Of a stretch of DNA of 64,000 nt, positions 22,101 through 34,923 are shown in pieces; the first letter of the stretch is position 1; each line of letters begins with the position of its first letter. The position numbers and the translations under genes were made by a program. The notes below the pieces were generated by a model. It saw nothing but the letters and a program-made list of their open reading frames with translations. It had not been told where the DNA came from and did not search any database. The stretch is from Azolla caroliniana (taxonomy: Eukaryota > Plantae > Polypodiophyta): NCBI GenBank assembly GCA_043228905.1, contig JBHGNT010000007.1, forward strand, positions 21,886,001 to 21,950,000, given 5' to 3'.

Positions 22101-23541
22101 ATGAACTAGAATACTCACTTAAAGATTTAGAAGACACAAGTGAATGAGAAGGAAGTTTGGAACATTGAATAAAATGTTTACAATTATTAAGTTCAAATGT
22201 GATTGAGTGATTAACCCAATCAATGGACAAAGAAGGGTTTTTATTAAAAAACCAAGGATATCCTAAAATGACATCTGCGGATTGTAATTTCATAACATGA
22301 AAGTCAAGCTTCTCCAAATAAGTATCTATTTGAATTGGCAGTTGACAAACAATGCCACTGATGTATTGAACGTTTCCATTTGCCATGTGAACTTGATAGA
22401 TATGATCACTTGCGTTTATGTGGAGCTCCCTTTGCTGCACAAAGTGATTATTAAGAAAATTGTGAGAACTACCGGAATCAAACAAGAAATGTGCTTGTGT
22501 TCCATTGATATATCCGACTGCTCGGAGTAAATCATTAGGTCCAAGTAAATGTGAAGGAAAAGTGCATTCACATAAACTTAAGTGATTGGTATGAACTTCA
22601 ACAATATCAAAAGACTCACCTGTGTGACTCGTAGATTTGTCTTGAGGAGGGGTGTTCATTGACTTCCTCTCAAGACGACGACAGGTATCCTTTGTGTGGC
22701 CCCGCTTCTTGCAATATGCACAGAAGAGGTTCGGTTTCTTTGAGTGGCGGTCAAGAGTGTCACTGGATTGCTTACGTTTCCCAATGAACTTGACATTCGG
22801 AGTTTTGGCGAACTCAGGTTTATTGTGGTCTTTCTTGGAAGTCCTATGGTATCGCAACACAATGTTGACGGCTTCCTCGAAAGTTGTGGGGTCCTTGTCA
22901 TGGACAATCCAATGATAATCCCCATTGGGAATACCATTCAAAAAACAAGCGACAAACCATTTCTCACCCGTAAGTCCCGATTTTTGGATCTGGGTCCGAG
23001 CGTGATGCACATAATCCTCGAGAGAGGTAAATGGCTTACTAGACAATGTGAGCAAGTGTTGCGCTTGTTCGGTTTGAGAAGGTGGCTGCAAGAATTGTTT
23101 CTTAAAAACATCAACGAAACCTTCCCAAGTTGTGGGTAAGTTTTTTTTTGCGGTCCTTAGGCCACGCCACCAAGCAGCAGCTCGGCCACCTAACTCACGA
23201 CCGACATAACCAATTTTTACTGCATCGGGCTTGGGATTAAGCTCAAAGTGAGACTCCCAACGACCAAGCCAAGTGCTAATAGCCTCCTCGGTTCTTTCTT
23301 TCTTATCTCCCTTGAAAGGCGTGACTACGAAGGAAGGTTCACCTTCTTTCTTGGACTCAATAGTTAATTCTTGGAATTTCTTTTCCAATGCCATATTGGC
23401 CTGTCTCATTTCGGCCAATTGATTCAAGGTAGTAGTGAGCAATTGCTCAATAGTGATCTCAGCTTGTGTGCGAGATGCGGATTGGGGTTGAGAGGTCTCA
23501 TTTGGAGAGATCGTTCCAACTGCGTTCAAAACTTGTTCCAT
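19134..23541 (-). pseudogene. Gypsy gag-pol polyprotein with one in-frame stop and one frameshift
   Basis: Gag with [14 protein letters not shown], protease [20 protein letters not shown], RNase H ETDASD, integrase H..H..C..C / SMDF / SDRD / DGQTE, GPF, chromodomain PERILD..KW..DATWE. TAA at 21319-21321; frame change in a homopolymer near 19555-19562. Confidence 0.92.
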
Positions 23542-24544
23542 GATGCACGCTGTGGGTATGCAATAAAATAAGGAGGTTCAGAAAATACACAAGCAAAATG
23601 AATGCTTGAAATTTTGATTGAAAGAACTTTATCCAAGAAAGTATCTCATGTCTTTACCCCTCTAGACATATGAGATGTGATTCGAGATCCGATAACTATG
23701 GTAACACTATGGTGTTTTAAAAACCATGGGGGAAAACATAGCTAAGATGTATTTCTCGGATCTCTATCTTGAGTAATCATGGCGGCTCCCCGAGGCTCAA
23801 CCATGGTTCTTACATCAATGAAATTTCCTAGATAGCCTTATATTAATGCCAACCCATCATGTATTATATGGTCGAGAAAGTGTATTACGTGAAAAAACAA
23901 GTGCACTCACAAGTAATATTCTAGTCTTGTGAGCAATAAGCAAACGTGATGATAAAATGATCAAATAAGGCACTACTCATAAGAGTTAAGTAGTGACGAA
24001 AACAAGGGTAAAAAAAAAGAACCCATGTGTTACCTACGAAAAAAACAATGTCACAAATAAATGGGAAGTGCGAGGTATGCACATATACATCCTAATATGA
24101 GTGTTATAACTTGCACAATTGTGACATAAGCCACAAATTGATACAAGTGATGACGGTGTTGTGCGCAAAGATGTAATACTCAAATCCATGAGTAAAACAT
24201 CAATAAGGGAACTCATATGGTTTTACTCGTTTTCTAAGGCTTGATGATAAGAGTTAAACCTAGATGACCCGTTGAAAAAAAAAAAAAATCGTTCAACAAG
24301 CCACTCCATACGAAAAAATAGTCTACACGTAAAGGTTACATTAAAATAAACGATGTAAATACTTTATACATGAAAAGGAAGTGGAAAAAGGAGAGTTAAT
24401 TGTGGGCGGGTAAATAATAATTACTAGAAAATCATATAAGTGAAACAATACTTATGAAATTAAAATTTAATTAGAATAATCAACAATTAGGTGTATGGAA
24501 TCAAACATGCCCTAAGATACGAAACCCTAGGGTAGTTGACATGC

Positions 24545-24865
24545 ACCTCCTCAAGACCACCACATATCCCTAGAATCGGCCAAGTAATGGCTAATTAAAG
24601 AGGAAAGTGGCATATGTAAGCTACATATACCTTGTCAAGGCCACATCATCCCTTAGAATCGGCCAATTGATGGCTAATTAAAAAGGAAAGTGTCATATGT
24701 AAGCTACATATACCTTGTCAAGGCCACAACATCCCATAGAATCGGCCAATTGATAGCTTAATAGAGAGTAGAGTGGCATAGGTAGGCAACATACACCTCG
24801 TCAAGGCCACATCATCCCTTAGAATCGGCCAAGTGATGGCTCAATAGAGGGGAAGAGTGGTATAC
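24545..24865. repeat. Tandem array (~84 bp x4) in gypsy 5' leader
   Basis: Repeated unit tcaaggccacatcatcccttagaatcggccaa..tggctaatta..agtggcatatgtaagctacatatac; a further ~120-bp x2 duplication lies at ~24875-25055. Confidence 0.85.
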
Positions 24866-25299
24866 TCAACATCATATGCAAAACGGCCATGAGATAAGCG
24901 TGTGCGATTAGAGCAAACACGCTCGACCCAATGCACAAGAATAATTATTATCGTAAGAGTTCAAGAGAGGAGAGAGTGGGATATATATCGCAATATGCAA
25001 AAGGCCATGAGTTGAGCGTGTGCGATTAGTGCAAACACGCTCGGCACGATGCATAATAATAAGTAAAATCGTAGCGTAGTAGGAGGTAGAAAGAAAGAGA
25101 ATAAAACGTAATACCAATTTGATTCAACCATAAAGAACGCATAATAGAAAAAGAGAAGAGATCAAAAAAGAAGAATACCGGGTTTAGAGTGTTGTTTTGA
25201 TCCTGAGAAGAGCATGACGAGCCTTGTTAGATCCCCCTCGCTCACACGCAAAAAACATCAAAACAACAAAAAAATTGTTAGTAAAAGCTTTGATACCAC

Positions 25300-25773
25300 T
25301 GTTAAGAGTCTATTACTAATCAATAGACCAAATCAAGTAAAAAGGAAGAAAATAGATTGGATAGAAGAACCCGTTCCACCCGACCACCCCCGAGCTATGA
25401 TCTAGACATAGCCAACCTACCACCGACGTCCCATACCGCCGGATATTAGGATGACTAATACCTTGGAAGAGATAAACACGATCGTCGAGACGAAAGCCTA
25501 GCCCGCACCACCGGTGTCTACGACAGCAGCCTTCCGACGTGATGATCTCTATGAGGGTAGCTAAGCCTCATATTTATACCTTTTCCTAGGCCCCTTGAAT
25601 AGATGTGCCTTTCTAAAAGGCTCTCTATTCATTGGTTGTCTAAATCATGATAGTGCATGCACATATCATTCATTCTATCCAATCATTAGTCCCCTTTTTA
25701 ATAATAGTGAACATACCCTTCACTAATGTAAATATTAGTGACCTACCCTCACCAACGTTATGTGTACATAACA
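25300..25773 (-). repeat. 5' LTR of gypsy element
   Basis: Adjacent to the PBS; matches 18653-19126. Confidence 0.95.
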
Positions 25774-27161
25774 GTCAGACTCCATTTTGGTGTTCAATTC
25801 TGTCAACTATGTGTCAAGTAGTCAACAAATTTTCTTGAATACAATGAGCAGATCGTTATTTACAATGCCTAAAACCTTCTTGATGACATAATGGTTGCCT
25901 TCACCGCGAGAGGTGCTGGTCATTCCAACGTGGGGGAAGCGACCAATCCAATAACATACAATCTTGTCTTTGTGAATCAGCCAAGTCTCATACACATACA
26001 ACACCGGCGCATCATGACTTGGTCGCCATTTCGATCGAGTCGTGGCCCAGTTAGCCTCAAAATCTAGCTCGTTGGAAGAGTATAGAAGCTAGTTCCTGTC
26101 GTCCATATAAGCGTTTGTGTTGTCGGTGCTTGCAAACTTCATCGTTGCATAGGCCATAACGTTTTTGTTGACATGCCAGATGCAAAGCAAATTCTTTGTA
26201 GAAGGGAACACGATAGCAATTGCAGTCATCAAGGCAAGTTCTCGATCAATTACAACTATTGATGGCTTTGTCACAAATCCGAATGATTGCAATGCCCAAA
26301 CATACATGGGTTCAGTCTCGTTGCATATGAACGCAAATCCAACATTGAACGTGCTATTTGTGGCCGTAAATCCAACGATGTTGAGCAACGGCATGCCAAA
26401 TCTATTCGTTTTGAAGGTGCAGTCCATGACAAATACCACATTGAACCGTCTGGCAAGATTTGCCGACTTCTGATGAGAAAAGAAAAGGCCACTAATTGCG
26501 CCGTTCGAGTTCACCTTGACATTGAAGATAAAGTCGCCAGTGGAGATCTCATCATACATCGCTTGAATTGGCGAGTGCCCGTCAAGAAACTCGACTCTTG
26601 CAACCACTTTTTCGTTGTAGGTTTCTTTGCTGGTGGTCCATTGATTTCCGGAAGCCACACTAGTTCCAACATTCGCCATGTCTCGAACAATGGCTTTTTC
26701 TGTTTCAGTTGGTCTACAAGCCATCGATATACCACCGAGATTGTCAGAAATAGGATGGTTGTGCACAATACTGCCTTTTTAATAGTCTACAGTCCCATTT
26801 TCTTCGAGAAGTTTGCTCTAACGAAGAATGGGCAATCCATTACACGAGTCCCCGTTTGTCTTTTGCGAGTATTGTCAGTTAAGCCTAGAGGGTTGCAATA
26901 TTTTCCCCCATAGTAGCACTTGAAAGTGACTTTTCTATTGTCACTATGCTTATCCACTACAATGATGATACCCTGAGCACGGAAATGGTCCTTGATAAAA
27001 CTGATCAAAGCCCCTCTCTCAGTGAGGGTTCTTTCGATAATTGAAGTTGAAGACGGTTGGGGGGGGGGGGGGGGGAGCCAAAATGGTGTGATAGCTATGC
27101 TCAGATGAGAACTGACGTGAGAACTACCAGAAATTTGGGGGGGGGGGGGAGGGGGAGCCAA
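25774..27161 (-). pseudogene. Mutator-like (MULE/FAR1-type) transposase, N-terminal and catalytic part
   Basis: FKC..GG, DCPF, HNH, VMDCTFKTNRFGMPL, IDRELAL, LCIWHVNKN, TSTSRGEGNH; interrupted by stops and frameshifts. Confidence 0.9.
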
Positions 27162-27290
27162 AATGGGGGATTAGTTGTGCTGACACGAGAACTATCAGAA
27201 AATGGGTTGCGGCCAAAATGGCGTGATAGCTATGCTCAGATGAGAACTGACGAGAGAACTACCAGAAAATTGGGGGGCAAAATGGAGGGG
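27055..27290. repeat. G-run-containing tandem repeats at the MULE 5' end
   Basis: gccaaaatgg..gatagctatgctcagatgagaactgacg.gagaactaccagaaa.ttggggg repeated 2-3 times. Confidence 0.7.
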
Positions 27291-28900
27291 ATGGCTATGC
27301 TGAGGTACGAGGTGAGAGCTATCAGAGAATGTTTTCTTCTTTTTTTTTGGGGGGGGGGGCAAATAGCGCATTCCTATATATATAGGAGGTAAAGGAGCTC
27401 ACATAAAAGGGTCGCTTTAGAGAGAGTCGAAGAATTTAGATAGAGGAGATTAACAAGACACCCCCCTCCCCCAAACAAATGGACAATCCAATGCTCCAAA
27501 ACATTTATTTTTTATGGACTCGTTCTTGATTGATGTTTTTGAAAGAAAAGAGAAGGGAGCATGGTCAATGACATTGTCCGTTTAATGCTTAATCGAGTAG
27601 GAAGAGTGGGGGTTAGCAACACAATTAGTAATTTACTAAATTGAGCACCTATTTCATCGAATCCAAGAAAAAAAGTCATATTGATCAATTCATTACAATC
27701 TTAACAAATCAAATTGATTGATACGAGTAAATGTTTTGTTTCAATAATCCGAGGGCAACTTCGGTGGTAGCAACAACCTTTTACAAAAAAAACGAAAGCT
27801 TGTATCCCCTCAATATGCTAAATTGAATGATAGAATGTTGTGTGAAAATACGAAGGGGGATTTTGGGAGATTGATGGGAGAACACTTGGGCAAGGGACAT
27901 TAATATATCTCATGACTTTTGTGCCAATGATCAGATTGTTGTTATGCAACTGCCCATGCTTGTTTTCTTAGTCCAATCACACAACCACAAAATTGGATTT
28001 CAAGCCATTGTATTGAAACTGCATATCACATGATACCGATTTAGGCAAGACCATGTGGAATTTGAACAAGATGGAGCGACTTGACCAATTGTGCATTTTC
28101 AAGGACCCGAAACCAAATGTGTAGTAGTGGAAGGAATAACAGTAGCAACAACAACAATCGTAAGGAATCAAGAATGGCTTAGCTAAAGCATGAACTGAAC
28201 CGTTTAATAGTTTTTTAACGGTTTGGTTTAGTTAAGGCTCAAGCTTCCTTAACAAGTTTGAGCGCGGTTTGGGATGGCTCAATCCGAACCAAACCGAAAG
28301 GGGCCAAATTGGTCAAGGCATAAATCATCTTGGCAAAACCAGTTTAGCAACTGATTCGGTTCAAGTTTGGAAATTCCCAAACTGGTTTGGTTTGGACAAG
28401 GTGAAACCGATTAAGCCAGGGGCCAAAACTGAACCATTGCAGATTCCTAGTAGTGGTGGTAGTAGTAGTAGTACGTAAAATTCGTGTTCGTCTAGCATAA
28501 CATTCGGTTTCCTACGTTGGAAAACGAATGCCAATGTTATTCAAACATTCTTGTTTTTTTTCCCATTTTTTGTTTTGTTTTAGTTTTTCATTTTTTAGGC
28601 TTATTTACCTCATAATAAATAGTTAATCAAAAAGTATGGTATTTATCATTCTTTAAGGGTGTTGTTCGTACGCGAATAATTGAAACATGCGCGAATGCGA
28701 ATACACGTATGGTACGTATGGTTCAAACTTCATACGATGAAGTCTCAGTACTACTAGTAAGTAGGAGAGGGGTATTTTGGGAAATTCCATGAAATGATGA
28801 GGAAGAAGGAAGGGGTATGTGGGCGAATTTGGGGAAAATGGCACCTCGAATGATTGATTCATGGAGATGGAGATGGAGGGGTATGTGGGCGAATTTGCAT

Positions 28901-28943
<43 letters not shown>

Positions 28944-29118
28944 GCCTGCCTCAGGCCTGCCTCTTTTCTATGAACTGCACAAGCTTTCGCCATCGCCATC
29001 GCCATCGCCATCGCAGGAAGACAGTAACAAAAATTGAAGGAATGACGAACGAGTGATCGACCACAGACGCGGATCCTCCTTCCCCTCCTCCTCCTCCTCC
29101 TCCTCCTCTTCTTTTGCG

Positions 29119-32100
29119 ATGAATCGAACAACATTTTCCCTGGACACTGCAAGCCCCATGGCTTCTTCTCTGCAGAAAGCCATCGTCGCCAAGCTCTCAG
29201 AGTTTATGGGAGACTACACGGACGACATCCTTGCGGTATTGGTTTACTACTACTATTATTGTTATTATAAATCTATTCCTTTTCATTTCATCTCTTTTCT
29301 CCGTGCATTCCATTGATCTGCGACTTCCTAGATATATTGCATATGCATCTTCTTCTCTGCATATTTCTTTTCGCCTTCTTTTAGTCTGACTATTTATTCG
29401 ATCCTGTGAAATCCTCGATGTAATCCATATAAGTGAATCTGTCAAAAATATGTCAGGGTTCATTCTCTCTTGCACTTGCCCTTGTTCTTGTTCGCCTTCT
29501 TGCAATTTCTTTTCTTTTTCTGAAGATATTATATAAGTGAATCTGTAGAATGTATGATAGGGTCACTCTCTCTATGCGTATCTATTTCATTCTTCTCCCT
29601 TTCCTTCTTTTTTGATCTGAGAAACCCTAGGCATAAAGATTATTTTGTGAGTGAAAGATGTTAATGAGAAAATGTTATTTCTTTCTTCCTTCCGCTTCTT
29701 CTCTTCCCTCACTCTGTCTTTTCTTTGCTTTTCTTTTATGTGTTAAACCCTGGATACAATGCACATATAAGTGAATCTGTTGAATAAATGATACTATTTC
29801 CATCTCTCTTCGATTCCTCTTCTTTCCTGTGTTTGGTCTGTGAAACCCTAGATATAATGCTCTTTATAGAAGTGAGCCTGTAGGGACGATGATATGGAGA
29901 AACGCGGAAGTGAATCTGTTGAATAGATGATAGTATTTCTATCTCTCTTCGATTCTTCTTCTTTCCTGTATTTGGTCCGTGAAGCCGTAAATGCAAAGCA
30001 CATATATGTAGAAAATATGACAAGGACAGCAAAGCATTTCATTCTTTCCCTCTCTTTCTCTGCTGGTGCACATGTGGAATTTGGTGATGCAGAAACAAGG
30101 AAAATTTGATTTTGGTTTTATTAATGGATTCCTCTGTGAAAGAGAATGAAGAAAATTCTGATTTTAGTTTGATCAATGAAATTCTCTACAATTGAGAAAG
30201 AGTGAAGTATCAGAATTTAACTTTATTGATGGAGAAAGAAGGGAGATTGGAGTTAGTTTTATGATGGATTTCTCCTCAATATAGGTTGTTTTGTGGTTAT
30301 GATTGGCAAAAAGTTTCTCTAGTTATGCCAACGTCCTATTTTCATTGTACAAAGGAGCTTCCTTAACACGATGACTTCTGGAGTCCTCTAGAATTTTGGC
30401 AGATGAGGGCTCAGAACAAATTTTTTACTGCTTTGGAAGGGGATATCTACTTTGTGTGGTATTTACAAATGCATCAAAGGAGGATGTCTTTGTTTTTGCA
30501 AGTATGTTGTACAACAATAATATATATATTTTTCTGTAGCAATACATATTGGTTCTTGTGGCACACGGAAAACAAAAGTCTCAAGCTATCAAGGACCTTG
30601 AAGCTTTTCTTGGCGATCGAAGTGAAGATTTCGTTTCCTGGTATCAAGCTTTGCTTTTGGTGAACTTGATTTGCAACATTGTTACTTTTCGCTTTTCTAA
30701 ACTCAGATGTTTTGTGTACTCTGGGCAGGCTTTGGGACTATTTGTATACCAATAACTTGAATGATTCTGTCTTAAAAGTAGGAATGAGCAAGATGGAGCC
30801 AGTTTCAACAGAAAGAGGGAAGGTTATGGTAAAAGAAGCCCATGGTACTCAGGTATGCTGTATCTATTCTAGTTATGAATATTTAGGAACAACTTGTATC
30901 AAGTGTGTTTGACGTATATCTATGTGGAGCCTCTTACTAGCATGAAAAACAAATGCCAATCGAAGATTCGAAATTGAGTGCAAAAGCTCTGCCAGATGCG
31001 GATGCCCTCCCTACTGAGGAAGGCATAGAGCATGGAAGGGATAAAGTCATAGCTGATGATAGGAGCAGGAGTCATCATCCACCAAAGCGCTCACGTTCAC
31101 CCCATCATTGCCGAACTCACAAAGAGAAAACTGCACCTGAAGTGGAGCATCATCATAAGGTCGTCTATCCTACTATCAAAGAGAAAGCCTTTCGATTAAG
31201 AATAACATCTACAAGTATACCAGATCAAAATTCTAAAGAAGAGCTCTTCGCTGATACCCTAGTTCTAATTTAGGGTCACAATACATTGTGCATATGCAGA
31301 GGCATTTACCCCCCCCGAGGGTGAATGCTACCCGCCGACTATTACAATCCGCGGTACGAGATGCAGTTGCACCAGCTCCAGGTTATACAAAGTGTGGTTC
31401 TAAAAGATTGCGGTCGGTCATATCAACTGAAATTGGTGAGAGATGTCTATTATGGAGCACATAATTGTTAAATACTTCTTTTTTCTACTCCTAGAGGATA
31501 CTGATTGGTCTTTTTTTACTGAGGCTTCTTGTGCATTCATATCTGCACTTTGCTACTGCTCGCCTGTCACAAATGTGATTGCCTGATATAAAAACTATTA
31601 TTTTGGGTACACCTAACTGTTGTCTTAATTCAAGTACAATGTTACAGAGAGTGCAGAAACATTGGAAGACACAAATAAGAAACAAACATGTGAAGATATA
31701 GCAAGGATTGATGATATTAGGCAAGCAGAAGTAGTTATCCCACACATATCAGAGGATGTGCATGCAGTTGCTCCAGAAAAAGATATGACTGCACCAGGGA
31801 CTCATGGGCAAGGTAGTGTGTGGGATAGGTTAGGCAAAACAACTCAAGACAGGGGGCAAGCATTTGATAACGGAAAGAATTATCGTACATTAACCAAAAT
31901 TGAGAACAGTAAGTTCATAGGTACAAATCTGAGCATTGATTCTGACAGGGTACAGAAGAGAATAAGTTCAAGAATGCAAGAAAGGTTAATTGCTCCTTCA
32001 AAAGTAAGGCAGAATGAGCACATAAGTGAACAAAAAACCCGTTTGGCTAGTACAAATGGGTTGCATGAGGGCCACTATTCTGTAAATAAAGGAACTGACT

Positions 32101-34923
32101 CAAACTATCTAAATCGTAAGGAACCTGCTCAACAATTGGGAGAAGTGGATCAATTAGAGGATATAAAATCTGCAGTTTCCAGTAAAATATCTGACCCAGG
32201 GTTATCTTATCCTTCTCAAAAGATTGCAAAGATCGTTGTCAGTGTAAATGCTCCAAAATCTGAGTCATGTGAAGCTTTGGATGATAAATTGGCTGTAATC
32301 CAGGATACTATGGACCACACTTTGAGAGCTTCAGCTTCTGGGCATGTACATGCTGAAGCCGCAATACAGCAGGGAGCCCGAAGTGATAGTCAAAAGGTGA
32401 ATCCTGTATAGAAAAAATGGTAGTTAGATTATCATGACTGACATTAATATCATCTGCTCTTAATCCCAGTTCACTTTGCTAAGATTGTGTACATTTTAAT
32501 TGTCAAGCAGGATATCCTGGAATTAAAGGATCGGATACACCGAGTTCAATTGGAAATGACCAAGCTGCGTGCAAAGCACCCACAAGGTATTTTAAGATGA
32601 TTTCCTTTCTGTATACTAGGTGAGAGTTGATCATGCCGATTTATTCTAGACACTCAACTCATCCCTGATTGTAACATGCATGCTGACCAGAAAACTCAAA
32701 TGTAAGATCTTGGTATAGGTACAAAATTCACTTCAAAGCTCTACTAATAGAAAATGATCCTGATTGTGACATGTCTGCTGACCAGAAACTCAAATAATGT
32801 GGTGTAAGCACAAAATTCACTTGAAAACCAAAAAGATGCATCAGTGATGCACATGGACAACACCCATGCTTGGAATGCACCTAGTGGGGACATGTGACTG
32901 GAAAAAGATATTAGTTGCACAATGCCTGGATATGAGGATCCTTGATTGGTGTTGGGAACAGTTTTGAAAATTTAACTCGCTATGTAATGTGGTGTCAGCA
33001 GAAAATTTGCACAAGTCTCTTTAAACAACTCCAGATCTTGATCCTTTCAGAAGTCCAATTTCTCTGGTCCTTGAATTTGGCCTATATGGAAGAACCATAT
33101 GCAGAAAACCAAATTCCCCTTATGTCACTTGAGTGATTTTCAATCTTTGGATTGTGACTATGGCTTCCATTTGCTTTTCCACAAGTCAATTCCCAATTTA
33201 AGGAACTGCACAAAAGAACTCCGCAGATTGGATCTTTTGTGGGCAGATTTCTGTGAATCTCCCAAGGTATTTGACTGTCATTTTTACGAGCCAGTTTTGT
33301 AGGTTGACACTTTTTGTTCGAATTCACACATGTTCCCTTAACTGATTAGTGTTGGCTGGTGTGGTCATCTTGCATATTTTCCAGCCTACTCTTCTCATCA
33401 CTACAATGTTGATTTGGTGGTGTCCTCTGAGGAATCCACCCACCCTTGAAATCATTCTTATTTAGTTTGGCATCTTCACCAAAGTCTTAGGCCACATGTT
33501 GACAATGTTATCTGAAATGCCTTTTTAAGAAACAGTATATAGCACATTAAAAAGAGGTTTGTTTCTGCGATGACAGTTTCCCTTTTGCTTATTACTTGTT
33601 TCTATTCAACATGTTTTCCATTCTCCTTTATTTTCCTTTGCTACTTAACAGTATATAGCACATAAAAAGAGGTTTGTTTCTTCAATGGCAGTCTCCCTTT
33701 TTCTTGTTACTTCGTTTCTATTCAACATGTTCTCCATTCTCCTTTATTTTCCTTTGCTGCTTGTGTGTGCATGTTAACCTTGTGGCAGGGCTCTGCTTTG
33801 ATCCCTTGCAGTCCGGCAAGTTTGTCTTCACCCTGAACCTAAATTTACCCATACCCAGAATTTGAGATTTTGTGCTATAAGCTATCCTGGTAGGTTTCAT
33901 TTCGCTGTGCAAGTCAATCCAGCATGTTAGTTCTTTGGCTTCATTTCTGTTCCATATTTATGCGTAACTTTCAATTAACTCTTTTTGTTAAAGACACTAA
34001 AATTCCAACTAAGGTTTCAGATAATTGTCATTGTTTAGGTTCCGACCCAGCTCATAAAGCGCAAGAAGGTCCAAATAGGCCAACTGTGTTTGTCACAAAT
34101 GTAAGTGGTGCTCTAGCAAATGAGAGCTATCAGAGTGTAATTTCAGAGAACCAAGCATCCAAACTGTGAATCATACTTTTATTTTGAACACAGATTCATT
34201 TTGCTGCAAGCAAGGAGCTGGTCATGGCACACTTTTCTCAGTGTGGGGATGTAGCAAATATAGTTATGCTGATGGATGGAGTATCAGGACAACCGAAAGG
34301 GTCAGCCAAAATTTAGTCTTTGAAAATTTCAGTCTCATGTTGCAAATGGTTCACTGCCTAAACATTTCTTGTAATCGATATTCATTTTAGTTCTGCATAT
34401 ATCGAGTTCCGTACACAAGGCGCTGCTGAGAAGGCGTTGTCTCTAAATGAAACATCGTTTTACTCCAGAATTTTAAAGGTGAAGCATTTGATTGTCTATC
34501 ATGTTGAAGGATATTCGATGGTAAACAAAAGTCCAATGATACTACATTATTTTCTTTCAGGTTGTGCGGAAGGATATGGAAGAGACATCTTCTGTCACTA
34601 CCACTACAACACAGCATTCCAACTCTGTTATGCTGCGAACTGCAAGGGGTAGGTTTTTTGGGGGCTCATCTTCTACTTTCTCAAAATTTACTCACTATGG
34701 CAGCCCCACAAAGCTGCAATGGAGACGCGAAGGCACAGCAGGATTAGTAACTTCTCCCCAAGTGATTGGAAAGAAGCAAAATCAAAATCCAATTTCAAAG
34801 AACTTCAATCGTTCGTTCTCATACACAAGGAGTGTTCCAACAACAGCAACTTCTGAAATGCTGAAAGGGAGTTCTCAAGTTTGTATCCTTGCAGATCAAG
34901 TTAAAACAGAAGAAAAAGCATGA
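29119..34923 (+). CDS. RNA-binding protein with N-terminal PWI-like domain and C-terminal PABPN1-like RRM (Arabidopsis At3g12640-like)
   Basis: Exons 29119-29235, 30540-30640, 30729-30852, 30941-31159, 31300-31435, 31648-32396, 32511-32586, 34039-34100, 34194-34300, 34391-34478, 34561-34923, with GT-AG borders and consistent phases. Motifs KLSEFMGDYTDDILAQYILVLV..FLGDRSEDFVSWLWDYL, RRLLQSAVRDA, SVWDRLG, TVFVTNIHFAASKE..GQPKGSAYIEF. Confidence 0.88.
33530..33762. repeat. Intronic tandem duplication (~115 bp x2)
   Basis: aacagtatatagcaca..aaaagaggtttgtttct..ttctattcaacatgtt..ccattctcctttattttcctttgct occurs twice. Confidence 0.75.

Larger units (their letters stand above)
18653..25773 (-). mobile_element. 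Ty3/gypsy chromovirus LTR retrotransposon, full length
   Basis: 474-bp TG..CA LTRs at 18653-19126 and 25300-25773; 5-bp TSD GTCAG; PBS TGGTATCAAAGC (tRNA-iMet-like, 25287-25298); PPT next to 19126; gag-PR-RT-RH-IN-chromodomain order. Confidence 0.97.

Noticed and set aside
24545-24865. CRISPR-like appearance of repeat arrays (also 57300-57955)
   Set aside because: Head-to-tail units without unique spacers, no cas genes, eukaryotic context.
17940-27400. TIRs/TSD for the MULE
   Set aside because: Only weak similarity between ~17950 and ~27390 and no 9-bp TSD found, so boundaries are not called.
28170-28760. Possible MITEs rich in AACCG/CGGTT and TACG motifs
   Set aside because: Suggestive of hAT-type subterminal motifs, but no convincing TIR/TSD pair found.
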